DNA from: Armatimonadetes bacterium UBA5352
Lineage (GTDB): Bacteria > Armatimonadota > Zipacnadia > Zipacnadales > UBA5352
DNA length: 64,000 nucleotides
Direction: 5' to 3'
Assembly: GCA_002411015.1 (NCBI GenBank)
Contig: DHPY01000074.1
Coordinates: 4,126 to 68,125, forward strand
The translations under genes and the position numbers were made by a program. The notes beneath the pieces were generated by a model that saw nothing but the letters and a program-made list of their open reading frames with translations, did not search any database and had not been told where the DNA came from. Shown here one piece after another: positions 1-9,628 of the stretch. Position 1 is the stretch's first letter. Each line of letters begins with the position of its first letter.

Positions 1-212
1 ACGCAGAAGACTGCGTCCGGCTCCTCGCGCTCGAGCATCTCGTGGAAATCAGTGTAGACGCGCTCGAAGCCGTGGCATGCGGCCGCATATCGAGCGCGCG
101 CCTCGTCGAGGTCGCAGATGGCGCTCAGCACCACTCCGTGCCGCCCAAGCTGCGGGTGGATGAAGCGGCTGGAAAAACCGCCCGCTCCGATGTATGATAC
201 GCGCAGAGACAT
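1..212 (-). CDS. Gfo/Idh/MocA-family oxidoreductase, N-terminal part (rest lies beyond the left window edge)
   Basis: Not in the ORF track because it runs off the window. A minus-strand ATG (complement of 210-212) gives MSLRVSYIGAGGFSSRFIHPQLGRHGVVLSAICDLDEARARYAAACHGFERVYTDFHEMLEREEPDAVFC. This is the Rossmann GxGxxS N-terminus and the 'vytDyeeml..e.iDAV' pattern typical of this family. Confidence 0.6.
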   Translation of the reverse strand, partial: MSLRVSYIGAGGFSSRFIHPQLGRHGVVLSAICDLDEARARYAAACHGFERVYTDFHEMLEREEPDAVFC

Positions 213-784
213 GCCGATCATCTCCTCAGTCTGCAGCCATCGCGAGCAGTTCGCCGGCGGTTACCCGGTCCCCTGCGCGGATGGGCCTCGACCGCCTGCA
301 GCGCCCGCGCCACGCGCTGCGCGGCAGTCACGACCAACTGGGCGACTTCTACGAGCGCGAGTTCACCGAGTTGAGCTACACCTTCGAGCACGCGGGCTGG
401 AAGTTCATCATGCTCGACACGAATCCCGGCGATAGGACGCCAGTTGACCAGGCGCGCATGCAGTGGCTGCGCGAGGTCATCGCGCAGACCGACCCGCGGC
501 AGCCACTCGTGCTCTGCACACATCACCCGCTCGCGCCGGGGGTCACGCTTCGTCTCGCCGGAGCCGACGAGATCCTCGCGCTCTTTGCAGGGCACAACCT
601 GAAGGCGGTCCTCGGAGCGCACCACCACGGTAACCACGAGGAGGTCGTGGACGGGGTGCTGTACACGAAGACCGCCTGTCTCGCAACCACGCGCAGCAAT
701 CACGACGGCACGACCGTACGTGGCTACCGCCTGTTCCACTGCACCGAAGACGCCATCACCACCGAGTTCGTCCCGGTGCGGTAG
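194..784 (+). CDS. Calcineurin-like metallophosphoesterase, N-terminally truncated (possible gene remnant; alternative start ATG 281)
   Basis: Only the C-terminal motifs are present: LRGSHDQ (degenerate GNHD), CTHHPL and GAHHHGNH (GHxH). The DxH and GDxxD motifs are absent, and an in-frame stop lies just upstream of 194. The space where they would lie is occupied by the divergent gene ending at 212. Confidence 0.55.
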   Translation: MIRAETCRSSPQSAAIASSSPAVTRSPARMGLDRLQRPRHALRGSHDQLGDFYEREFTELSYTFEHAGWKFIMLDTNPGDRTPVDQARMQWLREVIAQTDPRQPLVLCTHHPLAPGVTLRLAGADEILALFAGHNLKAVLGAHHHGNHEEVVDGVLYTKTACLATTRSNHDGTTVRGYRLFHCTEDAITTEFVPVR

Positions 785-809
785 ACAGGCTGTCCAGCCT
801 GTCAAACGC

Positions 810-1784
810 TCACGGCGCCGAACTCCCCGCCTTCCCCGGGAAGAGCTCGTTGAGCTTCGCCTTCACGTCATCCGGGAGCTTCGCCTCCGCCGCGCCGAGG
901 TTGTCCTGAAGCTGGCTGACCTTCGTGACGCCGCTGATGACGCTGGTGACCGCCGGATGCCGCAGGCACCACGCCATCGCAAGCTGCGCGCAGGTGAGGC
1001 CGAGGTCGCCGGCCATCTCCTTCATCCGCTGCGCGCGGCGAAGCTGCTCGTCGTTGAAGTACATGTCCATCATGATCTTGTTCTGCGTGCTGTCGGCCGC
1101 GCGCGTGCCCTCAGGCGGCGCCTGCCCCGGCTCATACTTCCCCGTCAGCACACCATGCGCGAGTGGCGAAAAGACTACGTTCCCGATGCCGTTGTGCAGG
1201 CAGGTGGGGTAGACCTGCTCCTCCGGCTCGCGGTAGAGCAGTGAGTAGCGGGGCTGGTTCGATGCGGGCGGTCGGCAGCCCATCATCCTCGCGAGGTCGC
1301 AGGCCTCCTGCAGCAGCGCCGCGGGCCACTCGCTGGTGCCCCAGTAGATGATCTTCCCCTGTAGCGCGAGGTCGTCCATGATGCGGATGGTCTCCTCGAG
1401 CGGCGTGCTCGGGTCCGGCCGGTGGCACTGGTAGAGATCGATGTAGTCGGTCTGCAGGCGCTTGAGCGACGCGTGGCACTGCTCGAAGATGTGCTTGGCG
1501 GAGAGCCCGCGGTCGTTGGGCCCGTCGCCCATCGGCGCCCAGACCTTCGTCGCGAGCACGTAGTCGTCGCGATCGTAGTCCTGCAGAAGCTTCCCGAGCG
1601 CGATCTCCGCCTGCCCGCGGTTGTAGGCGTTCGCGGTGTCGATCCAGTTGATGCCGCCATCGAACGCGACCTTGATGCACTCCGCGGCGGTCTCGTCATC
1701 CACATGCATCCCGATCGTCAGGTAGCTCCCCAGTCCGATCGTGCTGAGCTTCACGCCCCACTTGCCAAGGTTGCGGTATTCCAT
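810..1784 (-). CDS. Aldo/keto reductase (Kv-beta-like subfamily)
   Basis: 324-aa ORF MEYRNLGKWGVKLSTIGLGSYLT...INWIDTANAYNRGQAE..LGKLL...DYIDLYQCHRPD. These are classical AKR motifs. Confidence 0.9.
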   Translation of the reverse strand: MEYRNLGKWGVKLSTIGLGSYLTIGMHVDDETAAECIKVAFDGGINWIDTANAYNRGQAEIALGKLLQDYDRDDYVLATKVWAPMGDGPNDRGLSAKHIFEQCHASLKRLQTDYIDLYQCHRPDPSTPLEETIRIMDDLALQGKIIYWGTSEWPAALLQEACDLARMMGCRPPASNQPRYSLLYREPEEQVYPTCLHNGIGNVVFSPLAHGVLTGKYEPGQAPPEGTRAADSTQNKIMMDMYFNDEQLRRAQRMKEMAGDLGLTCAQLAMAWCLRHPAVTSVISGVTKVSQLQDNLGAAEAKLPDDVKAKLNELFPGKAGSSAP

Positions 1785-1853
1785 CCTCCGCGCCTCCCTC
1801 TGATTGCCGATAGACTTGATACACAGTTCGTCGCGTCGGCGCCCGGCCCTCCA

Positions 1854-2972
1854 TCACCCCGGCGGCCCCACCCGCTGGAAGGGCGCCTCCGGCGCGCCGC
1901 AGTGCTCGCGAATGCGGTTCATGAACTGCCAGAACGCCCCGTAGTGGCAGATCGGCGGCAGACCGTGGTCTATGCTCGGGAGATACCCGCCGCGCTCCAG
2001 CATTGGCGGGACCTTCACGTCTATCTCCGCGAGCGCCGTCTCGCCGGTCGGGTCCATGGTTGAGTGCTTGTCGAGGCCGCCGCACACGATGAACTCCGGT
2101 AGCTCGCGCCCGATGCGGATGATGTCCGAGCCACCGTGCGTCGGCTCGAAGGCGTGGCACATGTTCACCCCCGCCTCCCAGAGGCAGCGCGCGAACTCGC
2201 TCACGTCACCGTCGCAGTCGATATCCACCACCGCCGCGCCCACGCTGCGCGCGAGCTGTGCTACCTCACGGTAGTAGGGCGTGCAGAACTCGCGGAAGGC
2301 GTCCGGCGAGATCAGCATCCCGCCGCGGTAGCACATGTCCTCCCAGCCGCCGATCGCGTCGATCTGCACCCTTTCGGCCACCCATGAGGCCTGCTCGAGG
2401 AAGAGGTCCGTGGTCGCGCGGTTGATCTCATGCACGAGCGCCGGGTCGTCCTCCATGATGTAGCTGATCCGGTCGATCCCGAACCAGTCGCGCAGCCTCC
2501 CCCAGTAGCTCGGCGCCGCCACGTGCAGCGGCTCATCAGGCTGCGTTGCGGGCAGCGCCGGTCGCCCGCGCTCCGGATGCGCCGGGTCCAGCCGCGGCCG
2601 CATCTCCAGCTCCCAGTCCTCCCGCCCGTTGAACATCGGCGACTCGAACTGCGGCATCGTGTACTTCGAGGCGTTGTCGGCTCGCTCGCGCGTGCGGGCC
2701 CGATGCTGCCGCACCTCAACGTAGCCATCGCCGAGGTCCACCCGTTCGACCTCGAAACCCGGCACGAAGCCGGTGTGCAGCGCGACCTGGTAGTACTTCT
2801 CCGCGCCCCAGAACTCCACCAGCGACTCATAGTCGCTCGGGTAGCCCTCCTCCGCCCGCCAGCGGTCCACGGTCTCGACATGCGCGATGCCGATCCCGGG
2901 CGCGTACCAGTATGGCACGTAGTCGGGCTCCTCGAAGTGCACGATCGCCAGAAAGCGCTCTCGCGTGGTCAT
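1854..2972 (-). CDS. Uroporphyrinogen-decarboxylase (URO-D)-like family protein
   Basis: Start trimmed to MTTRERFLAIVHFEEPDYVPYWY (ATG at 2972, preceded by GAGGAG). The C-terminal ...GGYLPSIDHGLPP pattern is typical of URO-D/MtaA-like TIM-barrel proteins. Confidence 0.75.
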   Translation of the reverse strand: MTTRERFLAIVHFEEPDYVPYWYAPGIGIAHVETVDRWRAEEGYPSDYESLVEFWGAEKYYQVALHTGFVPGFEVERVDLGDGYVEVRQHRARTRERADNASKYTMPQFESPMFNGREDWELEMRPRLDPAHPERGRPALPATQPDEPLHVAAPSYWGRLRDWFGIDRISYIMEDDPALVHEINRATTDLFLEQASWVAERVQIDAIGGWEDMCYRGGMLISPDAFREFCTPYYREVAQLARSVGAAVVDIDCDGDVSEFARCLWEAGVNMCHAFEPTHGGSDIIRIGRELPEFIVCGGLDKHSTMDPTGETALAEIDVKVPPMLERGGYLPSIDHGLPPICHYGAFWQFMNRIREHCGAPEAPFQRVGPPG

Positions 2973-2998
2973 GGGGGGCTCCTCAGTGCATGCTGCGC

Positions 2999-3829
2999 TC
3001 AGTAATCCTCGACTGACCGGTCCTCCGGGTTGCACTGCTCGCCCGGCCACGGGACATGCACGCCCGGGAAGATCTCTCCTGCCACGCGCTCGAACTCCTC
3101 GCGCCGCCGCATGTCCGTGTGCACGATCGTGAGCGTCTCCGCGCCCGCGGCCTTTGCCAGCATCGCTGCCTGGCGGATGCTCTGGTGGCCCGCCGCCCTC
3201 TCCTGCGGAGGATCGGTCAGGCCGGTGGAGCCCTCGGTCACCAGCAGGTCCACGCCGCTGAAGAACCTCGCGAGCTCCGGCATATACGCCGTGTCTCCGG
3301 TGATGCCGACGGCCACGCCCGTGTCCATGTCGAGGAAGCGGTAGGCGAGGCTCGGCACCGGATGGCGCGTCGCGGCGGTCTGGATGTCCAGCTCTCCTGC
3401 GCGCAGGCCGTCGCCGGCGCTCAGCGGCAAGATCTCCGGCCTCGGGCAGCGCTCGCCCAGGCGCTCAGCCATGATGAACGCCAGCGTCAGGTCCACGATC
3501 CGCTCGACATCCTCCGCGGGGCCCGCGACGATCAGCGGCCGGTCGCTCTCGATCCGCGCCGATTGCATCGCGCGGTAGAAGAGCACGCTCGCGAGGCCCA
3601 TGTAGTGGTCCTGGTGGCAGTGCGTAAGGAGCACGTGCGTGAGCATCGTCGCATCGTACTCCGGCCTGCTGAGCATCGTCAGCGCGGCGGCCCAGCCACA
3701 GTCTACCAGCACGTGCCCGTTGATGAGGAAGCACGCGGTGTCGGTGTCATCGGTGGGCGTGCAGCTTGCGGTCCCGACGAAGGTCACGGTCGTCAGCTTG
3801 ATCGGCTCGTCATCGTCCCAGTCGTCCAT
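2999..3829 (-). CDS. MBL-fold metallo-hydrolase
   Basis: Start trimmed to MDDWDDDEPIKLTTVTFVGTAS. Carries the HxHxDH motif (LLTHCHQDHYMG) and a later ...VTEGS...GHQS..QA pattern. It lies 10 nt downstream of the preceding gene's stop. Confidence 0.8.
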   Translation of the reverse strand: MDDWDDDEPIKLTTVTFVGTASCTPTDDTDTACFLINGHVLVDCGWAAALTMLSRPEYDATMLTHVLLTHCHQDHYMGLASVLFYRAMQSARIESDRPLIVAGPAEDVERIVDLTLAFIMAERLGERCPRPEILPLSAGDGLRAGELDIQTAATRHPVPSLAYRFLDMDTGVAVGITGDTAYMPELARFFSGVDLLVTEGSTGLTDPPQERAAGHQSIRQAAMLAKAAGAETLTIVHTDMRRREEFERVAGEIFPGVHVPWPGEQCNPEDRSVEDY

Positions 3830-3839
3830 CGAACTGCGG

Positions 3840-6800
3840 TCACTCCTCGCGCCCGTAGACGTAGTCATCCGGGTACGTCGGCTCGTAGATGCAGACCGGC
3901 TCCCGCAGGCTGTAGGCCCCCGCGAAGTCCACGTTCCCGTCCGCATAGAGCTCCTCATACTCCCGGGCGAGGATCGGCTTCACGAGGAACTTCGGGTCCT
4001 CGAACGCTGCGAAGAAGCTTTGCGTCTGCTCATCGCCCAGATTCGTCCAAGGCTCGTCTCCACCGTAGTACTTCAGCGGGTAGAAGCGCCCGACGTGCGG
4101 GTACTTGCGGTCCACCATCCGCAGCAGCACCACCAGCGCCCGCCGCGCCTCGCCCGGACTCGAGCCCTCCACGACCACCCGCCGCCCGGCAACGTCAATC
4201 CGCGCCCGGGCCGGATCGACCGCCGCTGAGTCGTCAATCACGATCTGCCAGCCAGCGAAGCCCTGCGGAGCAGCCTCGCCAATCGCCGCGGGGGCCAGGT
4301 TGCCGAGCACCCCGTCCTCCTCGTCGTACTGCTCGAGGAACTGGTTCAGCATCCCCGCGGTGCCTGCTCGGTAGGGCGTCGAGCAGTCTGCCACCACGCA
4401 GAAGTTGGTCGCCCCGTCGCGCAGAAGCTCCATCTGCGTCCAGTCCTGCGCGCTGAAGTCGAGCGCGCGGTTGCGCCAGGTGACACGCACCGTGCCACCG
4501 AGCGCAACCTGGCCGTCTGCAAGCTCCACCGGTTGCCCGTCGCGCGTGACGCTCGCGATCTCATACAGCGGCCCCATCGGCGCAACCTGCAGCAGCGCTC
4601 CTGCGTCGCCGCCGGTGATCGTCGCGCTCATCGCGATCCCGTCGCCCTCCATCTGGGTGGTGATCTCCCCGCCGCCCGTCAGCAGCCCGATGCAGCGCAG
4701 TGCGGTCATCGAGCGTGGCTCCACCGTCACCTCTCGGAGCACCGTCTGCTCGCCGCAGGAGTGGCGGATCTCGCCGCCGTAGTAGGCGCCGAAGAGCGGG
4801 GTCCCGCCGAAGTAGGCCGGGTAGCAGGTCACGTCCTCCGTGACCGCCTGCGGCAGCTCATTGCCGATCACCACGAAGCTATCGAGCCGCGTCCCGGCGC
4901 GGCGCGCGAAGACGTGGTCGAAGATGTCGGTTCGCCCGCCCACCCGCACACCAGGCACGGTCTTGCGCCCCCTCGCGATGCTCTCCACCACGATCGGTTG
5001 CGTCTCCATCGCCGCCTGCTGGCCGATCGCGCAGTCGAACGGGAGCTGGACGCCGTGCTTGAGCGCCATCAGGTGCATCTGCGCGAAGAAGTAGCGGTAG
5101 TAGTCGCGAAGCTCCTGCGCGGTGAGATCGGCGGGGTCGAGGTAGCGCCCGATCCACTCGTCCTCCTTGGAGTAGTGCAGCGTGTAGGGCTTCTCGCCAA
5201 GCAGCATTCGCCCGGAGCGCCAGCCAAGCTCCTGGTGCAGAAGCTGCACATCCGGCACGCCGCTCTCCAGCGCATCCGCCGCCGAGAGCGCCGAGAGCGT
5301 GTAGGAGACGGTGCCGCCGTCCGACCAGATGCTCTGCGCGAAGCCGCGCTCATCGCGGTAGTCGTTGATCATCCGGTAGCGGTCGGCGTGTCCGAATGCC
5401 GCCACGAGGTACTCGCCGCGATCTCGCGCCCATGCCCGGCCCGGCGTCTGGCGCGCGATATCATCCTGGAAACGCCACGGCGAGGTCTGGCACATGTCGT
5501 TGATGAAGCCGGGCGTGGTCCCAGCGATGGCGTCCATGATCTGCTGCGTGTGCCACTTGTAGCGCTCGCCCATCGGCGTGTTGAACTCGTTCACGTGCCA
5601 GTAGGTCGGATCGTAGTACTGCCCGGCGGTCAGCGGATCGCCACCGAGCATCCCCTCCGGCCAGAACATCTCCGGCAGGAACTTGTTCGGCCAGTTCGGG
5701 CAGTAGTGGCTCCGCCGCAGCGTGTAGTCCTCGTTGTGGACTGACTCCGAGCGCTCCACGATGAGTTGCCGCATCCGCTCGAGGCTCTGCCAGACGGTCT
5801 TGAGCCGCGCGACGTAGTTGTAGTCCGCGCGATCCGTCTGGTCGTACGGAATCTCCCACAGCTCCTCGGTGCCCCACTCGGCACCCTTCGCGAAGGCCGG
5901 TCCATGGCCCCAGAGGTTGCCCATGTAGGTCTGCCGCCAGATATCCGGGAGGCGCTGGTAGGACTCGTAGCGGCAGACGGGGAGGTAGCTGTAGATCGGC
6001 ACCTCCGGCCGCTGCCGGTAGAGGTCCGCGTACACCCCGTGGTAGGCGGCGATGGCATCCAGCGCGCCGAACTTGGCAGGCATCTCGACGATCACGAACG
6101 GGATAGTGAAGCTCTCGGCCGGCCCCAGCGCGAGCTTCGTGCCCTGCCGGAGGACGTAGCCGCCATCTCCTCCCGGGACATACTCCGACACCAGCGCGCT
6201 CAGTTCCCGATGCGGGTCGATCCCGACACCCAGCGCCTGCCCGCCCTCAGACACTGCGGCAAGCGGCAGCGAAAAGATGTACTCGTCGCGGCGCATGGGC
6301 TGGGACGGGTCATCGTGCATGTGCGCCATGTCGTAGTAGTCGTCAGCGCGCTCGCCCATCAGGGGCAGGCTGAGCAGAGCCTCCAGCCAGAGGTCATCGG
6401 CGGAGGTGTTCGTCAGCGTGACCTCCCAGGTCAGTGCGCCGTTCACCTCGGCCAGCGCATGCTCTGCGCGCGCGGCATCGCCAAACTCCTGCGTGAAGCG
6501 CACCGTTCCATCCGCCGCCTGCTCCCAGCCAGTGGCGGTCGTGTTGGCGAGCGCCTCCCGCTCCACCCCGCGCCAGAGCAGCAGCCCATTGCGCCCCAAA
6601 GGCTCCTCCGCCAGCACGCCGGTGGCCTGGTCAAAGCGCAACGTCCAGTCGCCGATGTCGTATCCGACCCGCGTAGCCTCGTCCCACTCCGGCGCAGGAA
6701 GCGCAGCGGGAACATACGGCTCCTCGATCTTCGGGTCGAAGCGCTCGATATCACCCGGGCGCTCGACGGCGTACGCCGGCCGCTCGCCACCGTGCCACGC

Positions 6801-7526
6801 GGGCTCGAAGTCCTCGGCATAGCGCACGCTCGAGGAGATGCGCAGCTCGTCTATCGCCGACCCGTTCATCATCACGGGCGTGTGCGTCATCGCCACGAGC
6901 GCGAGGCCGAACTGCCCGGTCATGTCGCGCGCGTCCAGTGCGCGGCCGTCAATGTAGATGACGAACTCGCCCTGCGACCAGCACATCGCGTAGTGATGCC
7001 AGTCATCGGGGGAGAGCGGCGGATCGAAGGTGATCTGGCCGCTGAAGTGCTCGGAGTTGAGCGTGGCCCACTGCCAGGCGAGGGTGTCGGTGGTGAGGAG
7101 GCTGGAGGTCATCTTCCCCTGGATCGCCTGGTACCAGTTCGTGAAGAAGATGTTCTGCCGCGCGTGATTCTGCGGCATATCCAAGGGCGAGACGCGGAAC
7201 CAGAACTCGAGCGTGCCCTGGTAGAAGTCGACATTCCCGCGCGGAAGGAAGCCCCAGAGGACATTCCGCGGCAGACGCGCGCTGCTGTCAGTCATGAACT
7301 GCTCGTTGAACTGGATGCCACGCGTATCAACGGCCAGGCCCCAGTAGCCGTCAGTAAGCCCGGCGCCGGTGCCGGCGAAGGCTTCGCTGCCGTTGGCGTA
7401 GTCGGCCTGGTAGGCATCCTCGTCGAAGTGCGCGAGCAGCAGCGTCTGCTCATCAGGCTCAAACGGCCCCTGCGCATACGCCGTCGCAGCGCAGAGAGTG
7501 AGTGCGATCAGCCCGAAGTTACGCAT
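3840..7526 (-). CDS. Large secreted LamG/concanavalin-A-like domain protein (1228 aa), function unknown
   Basis: Start at MRNFGLIALTLCAATAYAQG (signal peptide, GGGAGG RBS). N-terminal LamG-like region (TLEFWFRV..., WHHYAMCWSQGEFVIYIDGRAL, ELRISS). The remaining ~950 aa have no motif I recognise. Confidence 0.8.
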   Translation of the reverse strand: MRNFGLIALTLCAATAYAQGPFEPDEQTLLLAHFDEDAYQADYANGSEAFAGTGAGLTDGYWGLAVDTRGIQFNEQFMTDSSARLPRNVLWGFLPRGNVDFYQGTLEFWFRVSPLDMPQNHARQNIFFTNWYQAIQGKMTSSLLTTDTLAWQWATLNSEHFSGQITFDPPLSPDDWHHYAMCWSQGEFVIYIDGRALDARDMTGQFGLALVAMTHTPVMMNGSAIDELRISSSVRYAEDFEPAWHGGERPAYAVERPGDIERFDPKIEEPYVPAALPAPEWDEATRVGYDIGDWTLRFDQATGVLAEEPLGRNGLLLWRGVEREALANTTATGWEQAADGTVRFTQEFGDAARAEHALAEVNGALTWEVTLTNTSADDLWLEALLSLPLMGERADDYYDMAHMHDDPSQPMRRDEYIFSLPLAAVSEGGQALGVGIDPHRELSALVSEYVPGGDGGYVLRQGTKLALGPAESFTIPFVIVEMPAKFGALDAIAAYHGVYADLYRQRPEVPIYSYLPVCRYESYQRLPDIWRQTYMGNLWGHGPAFAKGAEWGTEELWEIPYDQTDRADYNYVARLKTVWQSLERMRQLIVERSESVHNEDYTLRRSHYCPNWPNKFLPEMFWPEGMLGGDPLTAGQYYDPTYWHVNEFNTPMGERYKWHTQQIMDAIAGTTPGFINDMCQTSPWRFQDDIARQTPGRAWARDRGEYLVAAFGHADRYRMINDYRDERGFAQSIWSDGGTVSYTLSALSAADALESGVPDVQLLHQELGWRSGRMLLGEKPYTLHYSKEDEWIGRYLDPADLTAQELRDYYRYFFAQMHLMALKHGVQLPFDCAIGQQAAMETQPIVVESIARGRKTVPGVRVGGRTDIFDHVFARRAGTRLDSFVVIGNELPQAVTEDVTCYPAYFGGTPLFGAYYGGEIRHSCGEQTVLREVTVEPRSMTALRCIGLLTGGGEITTQMEGDGIAMSATITGGDAGALLQVAPMGPLYEIASVTRDGQPVELADGQVALGGTVRVTWRNRALDFSAQDWTQMELLRDGATNFCVVADCSTPYRAGTAGMLNQFLEQYDEEDGVLGNLAPAAIGEAAPQGFAGWQIVIDDSAAVDPARARIDVAGRRVVVEGSSPGEARRALVVLLRMVDRKYPHVGRFYPLKYYGGDEPWTNLGDEQTQSFFAAFEDPKFLVKPILAREYEELYADGNVDFAGAYSLREPVCIYEPTYPDDYVYGREE

Positions 7527-7609
7527 ATGCCCTACCTCCCTCTGCACATCACTCGCGGGTCAACCGTTCAGCCGTTGCCGTTTGCGGCCGTTTCCCAATT
7601 GCCAATTCC

Positions 7610-8347
7610 CTACTGCCCATTCCCGCCGTTGTCGTGGCTTGCTGTTTTCCCCCAGCCCTGGACGGTGCGCTCAATGCAGCCGCCCGGGTTGTAGTCATCC
7701 GGCCTCACCCCGAGCCCGCTGTCGCGGCGGATCGCCGCCAGATCGCGGAGTTGCTCCTCATCGAACGCGGGGGCGCCGCCGAGCTGCGCGATGACCGTCG
7801 CCACCTTCGCCCCCTGTTCAACCGTCTCCATCCGATAGTAGGCCTCCCAGAGATCGCGCCCGACGGTCACCACGCCGTGGTTGCGCAGCAGGAACGCGTC
7901 CGCGGTCGCCAGCATCGGCAGCGCGCTCTCTGGCACCTCCATCGTTCCGGGCGTGGCATACTCCGCGCACGGCACCTCCCACAGCGCCACCGCGATCTCC
8001 GTGAGGTAGCGCGTCGGCACCGGCCGCCCCAGCGCCGCGAAAGCCGTGGCGTAGGGCGGATGAGCGTGCACCACCGCGTTGATGTCGCTGCGGGCGCAGA
8101 AGCATGCCAGGTGCAGCAGCGCCTCGGAGGACGGCCTGCCCGGCCCGATCAGCCGCCCGTCGGGAGTGAGCTTCACAAGCTCCTCGCATGCCATGAAGCC
8201 CTTCGACACCATCGTCGGCGTGCAGAGGATGCTCCCGTCCTCCATCCGCACGCTGATATTGCCATCATTCGCGGCCACCTGCGAGCGCACCCAGAGCCTT
8301 CGCCCGACCTCGCAGATAGCCTCTCGCAGTTCACTTTCCGTCGCCAT
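7610..8347 (-). CDS. Class II aldolase/adducin-family protein (fuculose-1-phosphate-aldolase-like)
   Basis: Start trimmed to MATESELREAICEVGRRLW (GAGGGAG RBS). Motifs NDGNISVR, SSEALLH and VVHAHPPYATAF are present. Confidence 0.85.
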   Translation of the reverse strand: MATESELREAICEVGRRLWVRSQVAANDGNISVRMEDGSILCTPTMVSKGFMACEELVKLTPDGRLIGPGRPSSEALLHLACFCARSDINAVVHAHPPYATAFAALGRPVPTRYLTEIAVALWEVPCAEYATPGTMEVPESALPMLATADAFLLRNHGVVTVGRDLWEAYYRMETVEQGAKVATVIAQLGGAPAFDEEQLRDLAAIRRDSGLGVRPDDYNPGGCIERTVQGWGKTASHDNGGNGQ

Positions 8348-8427
8348 GGCTGCTCCCTCGAGTCCAGTGAGACTGGACGAGAATCCAGTCTCACCGGACA
8401 GCGTTCCGTCTCGTTTCGTCGGTCGGC

Positions 8428-9399
8428 TTAGATGTCGCTCAGCATGACCGGCTGCCCGCTCGCGGCCGACTCGTTGGCGGCGATGCTGACCGCCAGCGAC
8501 TTCACGCCGTTCGAGTAGTCCGAGAGGATCAGCGACTGATCCTGCTTCTCCACCGCGTCCACGAACAGCACGCTCTCGCGGAAGTGCGCGGCGATCGGCT
8601 GGAAGGTCTTCGTCTCCGTGCCCGACGGCGTGCGCAGCTCGAAGTTGAACTGGTCGAAGATGACCGTCTTCTTCTCGCCGATGATGACGAGCCCGTTCTT
8701 CCACCCGGGCGGGATGCAGGAGTTGGTGATGTTCCCGATCGCGCCGCTCTCGAAGCGCAGGTTGACGGTGCCGACGTCCGGCACCGAGATCTTCTCGACG
8801 TCGGTCATGACGCGCAGAGCCATCTCGGCCGAGACGCGCTCGACCTCACCGGCGATGTAGCGCGCCATGTCCACGATGTGCGTGGTCTGCTCAAGGATCT
8901 GGCCGCCGGACATGTCCTGCTGGCGCCACCACATGACGCCGGGCAGCCCGCCCATCCACCAGCCGAGGACGAGGCCGATCGTCTCGCCCTCAAGCGCCTC
9001 CAGCGCCCACCTCGCGGTGTCGTGCGTGCGCCAGTGGTAGGCAGAGCAGTTGATGACGCCCGCGGCGGCGATGGCGGCCTCGATCTCGCGCGCTTTCTCC
9101 ATGGAGAGCGCGATGGGCTTCTCGACGAAGATGTTCAGGCCGGCCTGGACCGCGAGAAGCTCCTGGTCCTCATGCGCGAACGGCGGCAGGCAGACATAGA
9201 CGGCGTCGAGGCCCGCCTTCTCGTACATCTCACGGTAGTCGCCGTAGGCCTTGCCGCCGAACTTCTCCGCGGCAGCCTCGGCCTTCTCCATCGCGATATC
9301 GCTGAATGCGACCATCTCAGCGTTCGGGATCTTCACGAGGTTGTTCATGTGCGCGTTGGCGATTCCGCCACATCCGACGAAGCCTATCTTCACGGCCAT
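8428..9399 (-). CDS. Gfo/Idh/MocA-family oxidoreductase
   Basis: Start MAVKIGFVGCGGIANAHMNNL (GAGGGAGG RBS), followed by ...AVYVCLPPFAHEDQELLAVQAGLNIFVEKPIALS. The upstream part of the 354-aa ORF is unlikely to be coding. Confidence 0.9.
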   Translation of the reverse strand: MAVKIGFVGCGGIANAHMNNLVKIPNAEMVAFSDIAMEKAEAAAEKFGGKAYGDYREMYEKAGLDAVYVCLPPFAHEDQELLAVQAGLNIFVEKPIALSMEKAREIEAAIAAAGVINCSAYHWRTHDTARWALEALEGETIGLVLGWWMGGLPGVMWWRQQDMSGGQILEQTTHIVDMARYIAGEVERVSAEMALRVMTDVEKISVPDVGTVNLRFESGAIGNITNSCIPPGWKNGLVIIGEKKTVIFDQFNFELRTPSGTETKTFQPIAAHFRESVLFVDAVEKQDQSLILSDYSNGVKSLAVSIAANESAASGQPVMLSDI

Positions 9400-9548
9400 G
9401 GTTGGTCCTCCCTCTCCTGCGTCCGGAGCCGCGCGTGCGGTCCGGTCTGATGACTGCGGGGTAGTTCGCAACGCGGCCGCGGAGACCTGCATTGACCTCT
9501 CCCCCGGCCCCCTCTCCGTTCCGGATGAGGGGGAGAACGACGCTCCGC

Positions 9549-9585
9549 GTCGCTCGTGGCACGGGCGTCTCGCCCGTGCGCCGTT
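9549..9585 (+). repeat. REP-like palindromic element, divergent family member
   Basis: The sequence is gtcgctcgtggcacgggcgtctcgcccgtgcgccgtt. Its core hairpin is gcacgggcg-tct-cgcccgtgc. The architecture and flanks resemble the elements at 11442 and 21922. Confidence 0.45.
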
Positions 9586-9628
9586 GCCCGGGGGAGGTCC
9601 GCACGGGCGACAGTCAAAGCCGTTGTCG

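Noticed and set aside
3056-7694. Long + strand ORFs 3056-4456 (466 aa), 4533-5744 (403 aa) and 5766-7694 (642 aa)
   Set aside because: All are antisense to the MBL and LamG genes. They have extreme Arg/Pro/Ala/His bias and no motifs.
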